From: Betaproteobacteria bacterium | Lineage (GTDB): Bacteria > Pseudomonadota > Gammaproteobacteria > Burkholderiales > SG8-39 | DNA length: 37,361 nt | Reading direction: 5' to 3' | NCBI GenBank assembly: GCA_009693345.1 | Contig: SHXL01000003.1 | Location: 1-37,361, forward strand | Shown here: one piece after another, positions 30,151 through 37,361 of the stretch | Position numbering within the stretch: position 1 is the stretch's first letter | Layout: each line of letters opens with the position of its first letter | Translations under genes and position numbers: made by a program | Notes under the pieces: generated by a model | Database searches by the model: none | What the model was told of the DNA's origin: nothing | Seen by the model: only the letters and a program-made list of their open reading frames with translations

Positions 30151-30978
30151 GTGACAGGAACGCTCTACGTTGTCGCCACGCCGATCGGCAATCTTGCCGA
30201 TTCGAGCCCCCGCTCCATCGACGTCCTGCGCTCGGCCGACATCATTGCCTGCGAGGACACCCGCACCTCGCGCACGCTGCTTGCCCACCACGGCATTCGC
30301 GCACGCACCGTGGCGCTGCATGCGCACAACGAAAGTGAAGCGGGTGAAAAGCTGCTGCGCGCCCTGCGCGAGGGGAGCAACGTTGCGCTGGTGAGCGATG
30401 CCGGGACGCCCGCGATCTCGGACCCCGGCGCGCTGCTGGTGGCCGCCGCGCACCGCGAAGGCCTGCGCGTCATCCCGGTGCCGGGCCCGAACGCCGCGAT
30501 CGCCGCCTATTCGGCCTCCGGCTTCGTCGCCGAGAGCTTTCAGTTTGTGGGTTTTCTTTCCAAAAGAAAGAAGCATTCATTCAAGGAATTGGACGCTCCC
30601 TGGCCCGTCATCCTCTACGAAGCCCCGCACCGCGTGCTCGAAACCGTCGCGGCCCTGCTCGAGCACTTCGGGCCGGAACGGGAGCTCGTGATCGCACGCG
30701 AGATCACCAAGAAATTCGAGGAAGTGGCGCGCATGAGACTTGCGGACGCCCCTGGCTGGCTCGCGGGGCCGCACCGGCAGGTCGGGGAATTCGTGCTGAT
30801 CCTCGGCCCCCGCGGGAAAGTTCCTGCCGAGTTCGCGGAGGGAGAACGGGTTCTCGGAATTCTTCAGCAAGCCATGCCCGCCAGTGAGGCGGCCAAGCTG
30901 GCCGCGAAAATCACCGGCGTACCGAGAAAGGAACTGTACGCATCGGCGATCGCGCGGGACAGGCAGGGATCAAAGTAA
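30151..30978 (+). CDS. rsmI: 16S rRNA (cytidine1402-2'-O)-methyltransferase
   Basis: GTLYVVATPIGNL, CEDTR, VSDAGTPAISDPG, YEAPHR, REITKKFEE. Confidence 0.95.
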   Translation: MTGTLYVVATPIGNLADSSPRSIDVLRSADIIACEDTRTSRTLLAHHGIRARTVALHAHNESEAGEKLLRALREGSNVALVSDAGTPAISDPGALLVAAAHREGLRVIPVPGPNAAIAAYSASGFVAESFQFVGFLSKRKKHSFKELDAPWPVILYEAPHRVLETVAALLEHFGPERELVIAREITKKFEEVARMRLADAPGWLAGPHRQVGEFVLILGPRGKVPAEFAEGERVLGILQQAMPASEAAKLAAKITGVPRKELYASAIARDRQGSK

Positions 30979-30987
30979 AATCCAGCC

Positions 30988-32019
30988 ATGGATAACATCA
31001 CCCTCACCCGCCCGGACGACTGGCACCTGCACCTGCGCGACGGGCAGGCGATGGCCTCGGTGCTCGAGGACACGGCGCGGCGCTTCGGCCGCGCGATCGT
31101 GATGCCGAATCTCAAGCCGCCGGTGCGCACGACCCAGCAGGCGCTGAATTACCGCGACCGCATTCTCGGCGAACTGCCGGAGGGTTCGACCTTCGATCCG
31201 TTGATGACGCTCTATCTCACCGACGACACGCCGCCCGAGGAGATCGGGCGCGCCAAGCTTTCGGGACGCGTGCATGGCGTCAAGCTGTATCCGGCGGGCG
31301 CGACCACGAACTCCAGCGAAGGCGTGACGCGCATCTCGCGCTGCTTCCTCGCGCTGGAGAAGATGGAGCAGCTCGGGCTGCCGCTGCTGATCCACGGCGA
31401 AGTTACCGATCCGATGGTGGACGTGTTCGATCGCGAGAAAGCCTTCATCGACGAAGTGCTCGGACCCGTCGTCGAGCGCTTCAGCAGCCTGAAGATCGTG
31501 CTGGAACACATCACGACGCGCGATGCGGTGCAATACATCGAAGTCACCGGTCCTAACGTCGGCGCGACCATCACCCCGCATCACTTGCTGCTGAACCGCA
31601 ATGCGCTGTTCCTCGGCGGCATCCGCCCGCACAACTATTGCCTGCCGGTGCTAAAGCGCGAAGAACACCGCGAAGCGCTGGTGGAGGCGGCGACCTCGGG
31701 CAACCCGAAATTCTTCCTCGGCACCGACAGCGCCCCGCACGCGCGCAACACCAAGGAGGCGGACTGCGGCTGCGCCGGCGTCTACAACGCGCATGGCGCG
31801 ATCGAGCTCTACGCCACCGCCTTCGAGGAAGCCGGCGCGCTGGACAAACTCGAAGGTTTCGCAAGCCACTTCGGTGCGGATTTCTACGGCCTGCCGCGCA
31901 ACGAGGACACGATCACGCTCGTCCGCAAGGAATGGACCGTGCCGAAAACGCTGCGCTTCGGAGGCGAGGAAGTGGTTCCTTTGCGTGCCGGCGAAACCAT
32001 TCCGTGGCAACTGGAGTAA
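30988..32019 (+). CDS. pyrC: Dihydroorotase (type II)
   Basis: [41 protein letters not shown]. Confidence 0.97.
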   Translation: MDNITLTRPDDWHLHLRDGQAMASVLEDTARRFGRAIVMPNLKPPVRTTQQALNYRDRILGELPEGSTFDPLMTLYLTDDTPPEEIGRAKLSGRVHGVKLYPAGATTNSSEGVTRISRCFLALEKMEQLGLPLLIHGEVTDPMVDVFDREKAFIDEVLGPVVERFSSLKIVLEHITTRDAVQYIEVTGPNVGATITPHHLLLNRNALFLGGIRPHNYCLPVLKREEHREALVEAATSGNPKFFLGTDSAPHARNTKEADCGCAGVYNAHGAIELYATAFEEAGALDKLEGFASHFGADFYGLPRNEDTITLVRKEWTVPKTLRFGGEEVVPLRAGETIPWQLE

Positions 32020-32735
32020 ATCACCCGGTCTTCGATCCGGTCCGGCCGTGGCTCGAACGCACCGGAAGCGCACCCTCGCTTGATCTTCTGAATTCACTTT
32101 CAGAAGAGGCAAATCTCAAGACCGAGAGCGGCAAGCCCATCCGCTTCGTTCCGCCTTCGAGTTCCGACCCCTACTACGAGGTGCACGTCTTCGAAACCGG
32201 CCACGTCCAGACGCGTGCCGGCAACAGGCACGACCTGTTCAACGCGCTGGCCTGGCTCGCGTTCCCCAAAACAAAAGCACGCATCAACGCGATGCACGCG
32301 GCGCAAATTCCCCGGGAAGGCGGCAAGCGCGGACGCTTGCGCGACATGCTGACGATATTCGACGAGGGCGGCGCGATCGTCGCCTGCCAAGGCGAGATAG
32401 CGGATCTGGTGCGCGAGGCACGCTGGTCCGACCTGTTCCTCGAACACCATCGCGACTTCCGTATCGTGGTCGTCGGGCACGCCGTGCTGGAGCAGGCGCT
32501 GGCGCCGCATCCCGGCATCACTTGCAAAGTTATCTTCGCGGATCCGTCTCGCGATCTCGACGCGCAGGCTGCGGAATGGCTCGGGTGCGTCGGAAGGTCG
32601 CCTCGGGATATGCCGCCATTGCCGGTGTTCGGTTATCCCGGATGGTTTGATCGCAGCGGACAAGCGGGCTTCTACTTGGATGAAAGGTACTTTCGCCCGC
32701 TGCGGCGCGCCAACGCACAAGTGCGTTCCTGCTAA
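32004..32735 (+). CDS. DUF3025-like protein
   Basis: [64 protein letters not shown] at 32004 is a tentative start. Confidence 0.8.
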   Translation: MATGVNHPVFDPVRPWLERTGSAPSLDLLNSLSEEANLKTESGKPIRFVPPSSSDPYYEVHVFETGHVQTRAGNRHDLFNALAWLAFPKTKARINAMHAAQIPREGGKRGRLRDMLTIFDEGGAIVACQGEIADLVREARWSDLFLEHHRDFRIVVVGHAVLEQALAPHPGITCKVIFADPSRDLDAQAAEWLGCVGRSPRDMPPLPVFGYPGWFDRSGQAGFYLDERYFRPLRRANAQVRSC

Positions 32736-32744
32736 CATGCCCTT

Positions 32745-33135
32745 GGGAGTCGGCCAGGCAGCCGCTGTACCCGTTGGCAGTCAATGCGGGGCAGAGGAAA
32801 GTCCGGGCTCCATAGAGCGGGATGCGGGATAACCACCCGGCGTGGCGACACGACGAACAGGGCCACAGAGACGAGTCCCAGGGTAAAACCTGGGGGTGAA
32901 ACGCGGCAACCTCCATCCGGAGCAACACCAAATAGGCAAGCAGGGTGCCGAAGGCAACTTCGGCACTGGAGGCCGGCTCGGTCGGGCTTGCGGGTAGGTG
33001 GCAACAGGGTTTCGGGGGCGCAAGCTTCCAGACCCGACGATCCGGGGGGTGACTCCCGGACCAGAGGAATGGCTGTCGGGGGTGCCCCTTTCGGGGGGTG
33101 CCCTGCCACAGAACCCGGCTTATCGGCCGGCTCCC
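32745..33135 (+). ncRNA. rnpB: RNase P RNA (type A, lacking P13/P14, with extra helices)
   Basis: P4 halves GAGGAAAGTCCGGGCTCC and ACAGAACCCGGCTTAT; GGGTGAAA; GGAGCAA..CCAAATAGG; P1 pairing gggagtcggcc/ggccggctccc; extended -10 TGcTAACAT upstream. Confidence 0.97.
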
Positions 33136-33229
33136 GCTGTTGCCGCGTCAGATTCTGTGGGACAACGGGATAAATGCGCTTGCCCGGGGGCTGGCCAAGC
33201 GCGGATAATTGCCCCGGACCGCCCAAAAG

Positions 33230-34176
33230 ATGCACTCGCGCCTCAGCCAGAACGACGTCACCAACCTCGTAAATGTGGAGGACGCCGGCCGGGTCCGGGA
33301 TGCCATTATTGCCATTTACGCCGCCCGCTATCCCGGGTTCGATGCGGCCCCTCGCCCGCGCTTTTGATGACGTAAAGGCGCTGTTCGAAGGCAATTTCCC
33401 AGGTTACCTGCCCTGCGACACGCTGTACCACGACTCCCGCCATACGTATGACATGACGCTGGCGATGGCACGCCTGGTGGAGGGCCACGACCGCACGCAA
33501 CTGCCCGCCGACCAGCTGGGCCGCACGCCGCGCGGTGCTCGGCGCGGTCATCGCGCTGTTGCATGACTCGGGCTACCTGCGCCGCGCCTCCGAAGCCAAC
33601 GTCGAAAACGGCGCCATCTTCACAAAAATACATGTCAGCCGCAGCGCCGATTCCATTGCCCGCTACCTGCCGACGCTTGGCTTTGGCGCGGAGGCGGAAA
33701 TCGCCTCCCGCGTGGTGCATTTCACCGGCTACGAAATGGACGTCGACGACATCAAGGTTGACAGCCCGAAGGACCACCTGCTTGGCCACATGGTCGGCAC
33801 CGCCGACCTGATCGGGCAGATGTCGGACCCCATGTACCTCGAAAAATGCCGCGAGTTCCTGTACAAGGAGTTCGTGCTGGGTTCGATCGCGCGCGAGACG
33901 CTGCCCGACGGGCGCGAAATCGTGCGCTATACGTCCCCCGAGGATCTGATCTGCAAAACCCCGGGCTTCTACGAGTACGTCGCGCGCGAACGCATCCACC
34001 GCAAGCTTGGCGCGGCGGACCGCTATGCCGAGGCGCACTTCGATAGGGCCAGCCTCTACCAGATCGAAATCGACGCCAACTTCAGTTTCCTGCGCGAGGT
34101 GATCGAGCGGGCGAACTTGGGCCGCCTGCGACGCGCCTGCTATTCCCTCTCCACCCCGCACTTCAAAGCCGCCTGA
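33230..34176 (+). pseudogene. HD-superfamily metal-dependent phosphohydrolase, interrupted by two +1 frameshifts (pseudogene or sequencing error)
   Basis: Three consecutive frames join at ~33347 and ~33522 into ~314 aa with YHDSRHT, LLHDSGY, HVSRS and TADLIGQMSD. Confidence 0.8.
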
Positions 34177-34265
34177 AAACCGTGGGGTTTGTCACACCCT
34201 GCTGAATTTACTTCGCTTTTGGGCGCCTTTTGGGCTCTTTCCCTCTTGTCGCGGGGACCCAGCCG

Positions 34266-34280
34266 TGGCACAAGTGCCGC
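34266..34280 (+). promoter_or_regulatory. Possible sigma-54 (-24/-12) promoter
   Basis: TGGCAC-AAGTG-CCGC has GG-N10-GC spacing, but the -12 element deviates from TTGC. Confidence 0.35.
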
Positions 34281-34748
34281 GTGACACTTCCTGACAAACT
34301 GCCCAACGGCGCGAAAGCGGTGGCAGCGCCCGCGCTTGCCCGCCTGCTCGCGGACAGCGCTCTCAGCCGCGCCGCTTTCGCGGCCTGCGGTTTTCCGGTG
34401 GCGCTCGCCGATGCGAGCGCCAAGGGCAAGCCGCTCGCCTACGTCAATCCCTCGTTCGAGGCGTTCTTCGGCCACCGCGCCGACGAGGTGCTCGGCCGCC
34501 CGGTAATCACGCTGCTGTTTCCGGAAGCCGACGGCGCGGCAAGCATGTTCAACGACGCGCCCGCGCGGCTGCAGATGCGCGCGCGCTGCAAGGACGGGTC
34601 GGGCGCGGAAGTCGAACTGTCGATCGGCATGGTGCACGGCGTGGACGGCCTGCTGACCCACTGGGTGCTCGCCTTCGCCGACCGCGGCGAAATCGCGCGC
34701 ATGCAGGAAGAACTGCGCGTGCTCAGGGCGATCGCCGCCGCTCCGTAG
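34281..34748 (+). CDS. Stand-alone PAS-domain protein (start uncertain: 34281 or 34320)
   Basis: LAYVNPSFEAFFGHRADEVLGRP and KDGSGAEVELSI..THWV PAS/PAC pattern, followed by a short coiled-coil-like tail. Confidence 0.8.
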   Translation: MTLPDKLPNGAKAVAAPALARLLADSALSRAAFAACGFPVALADASAKGKPLAYVNPSFEAFFGHRADEVLGRPVITLLFPEADGAASMFNDAPARLQMRARCKDGSGAEVELSIGMVHGVDGLLTHWVLAFADRGEIARMQEELRVLRAIAAAP

Positions 34749-34753
34749 CCGGA

Positions 34754-34787
34754 AAGGGGGCTGCGACAGAACGTCTCCGCCCCCCTT
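34754..34787. terminator. Putative hairpin between convergent PAS and amidase genes
   Basis: aagggggc...gccccccctt-like imperfect stem with an inner gac/gtc pair; weak U-tract. Confidence 0.4.
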
Positions 34788-34802
34788 CAGATCCCCCCGA
34801 CG

Positions 34803-36146
34803 CTACTCTGCAGAAATCTTCCCCACCAGCCAGCGCGCGGTGCGCAAAAGCCGCGCGTCGAAGTGCCGGCGGCCCACCAGTTGCACTCCGAGCGGCATTC
34901 CGTTCGATCCGCGCAACAGCGGCAGCGACAGCGCGGGCAATCCGGCAAGCGTCCAGAGGGTGCAGAACGCCGGATCGCCGGTCGAATCCAGCCCTTTCGG
35001 CGCCGTTCCCGCCGCCGCCGGCGTAAGGATTGCATCGTAGCGCTGCGTGAACAGTTCCTCGAAGTTCTCCTGAATCGGGGCGATCAGCGACAGTGCGCGC
35101 TGGTAGTCCACCGCGCGTACTTCACGGCCGCGCTCGATCAGCGCGCGCAGCTTATCGGACAGTTTGTCGCGCCCATCGCGCCACTCGCGCTCCAAGTTTG
35201 CCGCCATTTCGGCTTCCATGATCGTCTTGTGCCACTCCCAGGCCTCTGCCGCGGAGGGAAACAGCTCGACCTCCTCAACCGCGCCGCCCAACGCGTCGAC
35301 CAACTCGCCGAACGCCTCCTTCGCCTCCGCGTCCACACGGTCCCAGTGCGGCGTCTTGATGAATCCGATCACCGGAGGAATCGGCGGCTCCTCGGCGGCG
35401 ATGGCGCCGAAGGGGATGCGCGCGACCGGGCGGGTGTCGGGATCGCCCGCGTCCCAGCCGGTGAGCGATTCCATCGCCAGCGCGAGGTCCTCGATCGAGC
35501 GCGCGAACACGCCAGCATGGTCCAGCGTACGCGACAGCTTGAGGATCCCGGTGCGGGGCACCAGACCGTGGCTGGGCTTGAAACCGTAGGCGCCGCAGAA
35601 CGCCGCCGGCCGGATCACCGAGCCGTTGGTCTGGCTGCCAAGCGCAAGCGGCACCATTCCCGCTGCAACCGCGGCGGCCGATCCGGAGGACGATCCGCCC
35701 GGCGTGTGCTCGGGATTGTGCGGGTTGCGCGTCTTGCCGGGATGGAAATAGGCGCACTCGGTGGTCACCGTCTTGCCGAGGATCACCGCACCGGCAGCGC
35801 GCAGCTTCGCCACCACGGCCGCGTCATCGCGCGGCGTGCGGCCGGCGTGCAGGACGGTGCCGTTCTCGGTCGGCATGTCGCCGGTATCGATGATGTCCTT
35901 GATGCCGACTGGCACCCCGCAGAGCGGCCCGGCTGCCTGGCCCGAGCGGCGCAACTCGTCCGCGGCGCGCGCCTGGGCGAGAGCGTGCTCCTCATCGAGA
36001 AACGTCCAGGCTTGGACCTTCGGCTCGATCTCGCGGCAGCGATCGAGGCAGGCACGCACGAGTTCTTCGGAGGTGAGCGCTCCCTCGCGGATCAGTCGCG
36101 CGGCGGCGGCGGCGGACAGGTCTGGCGCCTGTCGCTCATTTGCCAT
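34803..36146 (-). CDS. Amidase-signature family amidase
   Basis: GPLCGVPVGIKD (catalytic Lys), TPGGSSSGSAAAVA and GSQTNGSVIRPA (Ser-cisSer). Confidence 0.92.
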   Translation of the reverse strand: MANERQAPDLSAAAAARLIREGALTSEELVRACLDRCREIEPKVQAWTFLDEEHALAQARAADELRRSGQAAGPLCGVPVGIKDIIDTGDMPTENGTVLHAGRTPRDDAAVVAKLRAAGAVILGKTVTTECAYFHPGKTRNPHNPEHTPGGSSSGSAAAVAAGMVPLALGSQTNGSVIRPAAFCGAYGFKPSHGLVPRTGILKLSRTLDHAGVFARSIEDLALAMESLTGWDAGDPDTRPVARIPFGAIAAEEPPIPPVIGFIKTPHWDRVDAEAKEAFGELVDALGGAVEEVELFPSAAEAWEWHKTIMEAEMAANLEREWRDGRDKLSDKLRALIERGREVRAVDYQRALSLIAPIQENFEELFTQRYDAILTPAAAGTAPKGLDSTGDPAFCTLWTLAGLPALSLPLLRGSNGMPLGVQLVGRRHFDARLLRTARWLVGKISAE

Positions 36147-37361
36147 AGAGCATGTGAGGCACCCACAGACCGATGCCGGGGAAAAGGTACAGCAGGATCA
36201 GTGCAATCACCTGGATCCCCATGAACGGCAACATGCCGGCGAAGATTTGATTGAGCGTCACGTGCGGTGGCGAAACACCCTTGAGATAGAACGCCGCCAT
36301 CGCTACCGGCGGCGACAGGAACGCGGTTTGCAGGTTCAACGCCACCAACAGGCCGAAGAACAGCGGATCGATGTGGAAGTGCGGCAGCAGCGGCAGGAAA
36401 ATCGGCATGAAGATGATGATGATCTCCGTCCATTCGAGCGGCCAGCCGAGGATGAAAATGATGAACTGGGCGAGGATCATGAACTGCACCGGCGTCATGT
36501 CGAGCGACAGCACCCACTTCTCGATCAACTCCTGGCCGCCGAGCAGCGCGAACGCGGCCGAGAAAATGCCGGAGCCGACGAACAACCAGCACACCATCGC
36601 GCTCGTCTTGGCGGTGAGAAAGGACGATTCCTTGACGATCACCCCGAGCTGTTTGACCGTCTTCCAGATTACGGGGCCGGGACGCGGGCCGCCTGGCAGC
36701 GCCTCACGCCAATGACCGGTGAAGCGGTAGATCGCCGCCAGGATGAATCCGCCGAATCCGCCGACCGCCGCCGCCTCGGAGGGCGTCGACAGCCCGAACA
36801 CGATCGAGCCGAGCACCGCCAGGATCAGCAGCGCCAGAGGAAAAAACGAGGTGAGCAGCAGCTTGAACACCTCGAGCCGCTCCCAGTTCCACAGCCGGTA
36901 GATGACCGCTACGGCGCCGATGCCGATGCCGAACACGATCCACAACCAAAGGGGCACGGGCAGCCGCTCGCGTTCCGCGGCCGCGACTGCTTTTTCGGCG
37001 GGTTTCTCCTCGGCCGCTTTTTCCGCGGCGGGCGTGGGCTCCTTTGCTTCGTTGGCCTGAGGTTCCTTTACTCCAGATTCTTCTTCCTCGGTTTCCGGCG
37101 CGCCGATGAGCCCCGTCGACTGCTCTCTTTCTTCGGCGGCCGACTGGGCCAACCCGCCCGCCTCGATCAGCCCGGCCGTGCTGGCCTCGACTTCCGGCGC
37201 GGTCGCGATCCGATAGCTGACACCCAGCACTGCGACGATGAACAGCGCCGGGGTCAGCGTGACGAACAGTTGCGCGAGCGCGGTGCGCTTCGCGACGCCA
37301 GCACCGCCGCCCGTGAGCGCGCGCGACAGCCCCATCAACGGGTTGCTGCCACGCCGCGAAA
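36136..37361 (-). CDS. TRAP transporter large permease (DctM-type), 5' truncated by window edge
   Basis: TPSEAAAVG, LGWPLEWTEIIIIFMPIF, NLQTAFLSPPVAMAAFYLKGV; many TM segments. Confidence 0.9.
   Translation of the reverse strand, partial: SRRGSNPLMGLSRALTGGGAGVAKRTALAQLFVTLTPALFIVAVLGVSYRIATAPEVEASTAGLIEAGGLAQSAAEEREQSTGLIGAPETEEEESGVKEPQANEAKEPTPAAEKAAEEKPAEKAVAAAERERLPVPLWLWIVFGIGIGAVAVIYRLWNWERLEVFKLLLTSFFPLALLILAVLGSIVFGLSTPSEAAAVGGFGGFILAAIYRFTGHWREALPGGPRPGPVIWKTVKQLGVIVKESSFLTAKTSAMVCWLFVGSGIFSAAFALLGGQELIEKWVLSLDMTPVQFMILAQFIIFILGWPLEWTEIIIIFMPIFLPLLPHFHIDPLFFGLLVALNLQTAFLSPPVAMAAFYLKGVSPPHVTLNQIFAGMLPFMGIQVIALILLYLFPGIGLWVPHMLYGK

Noticed and set aside
32732-33394. ORFs overlapping 32745-33135
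   Set aside because: The region is the RNase P RNA gene; the ORFs are spurious.
33535-34176. HD-GYP c-di-GMP phosphodiesterase or CRISPR Cas3-HD
   Set aside because: No HHExxDGxGYP motif, no helicase, and no cas genes or repeats nearby.
34420-34520. PAS domain as a LOV photoreceptor
   Set aside because: The position of GxNCRFLQ reads GRPVITLL; the photoactive Cys is absent.
34803-36146. gatA
   Set aside because: No gatB/gatC neighbours; the motif is GSQTNGS rather than the GatA-type G[ST]DTGGSIRQP; linked to a TRAP transporter.

Overview
A GC-rich (visually about 65-70%), gene-dense chromosomal segment. It most likely comes from a betaproteobacterium, judged from gene order (yhdP-nit-tldD divergent from glnE; ilvE-zfCHCC-waaF-SnoaL-yheT; rsmI/yraN/gmhA/BON) and an RNase P RNA lacking P13/P14. 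It holds about 37 intact or edge-truncated CDSs, mostly housekeeping (sucCD, glpK, tldD, yhdP, glnE, ilvE, waaF, PMM/PGM, RhlE-type helicase, rsmI, pyrC). It also holds rnpB, a doubly frameshifted HD-domain gene and an unannotated C-terminal SoxA remnant. I see no CRISPR array, prophage, IS element or recognisable defence system, and I cannot claim a clear-cut new multi-gene system. The best leads are: (1) unusual initiation architecture, with -10 boxes 6-7 nt before start codons (leaderless mRNAs), TAA stop codons doubling as -10 boxes, and likely ATT/CTG starts for rhlE, waaF and the heptose adenylyltransferase; (2) recurrent short AT-rich patches inside conserved genes, produced partly by synonymous codon switching; (3) a CoA-transferase-like pair apparently lacking the canonical catalytic Glu, followed by the SoxA fragment; (4) an SCP2-like/hydrolase fusion and a BenE transporter coupled to sucCD; (5) an RNase P RNA with two extra helices. 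All family assignments come from motif recognition by eye; no database search was run.
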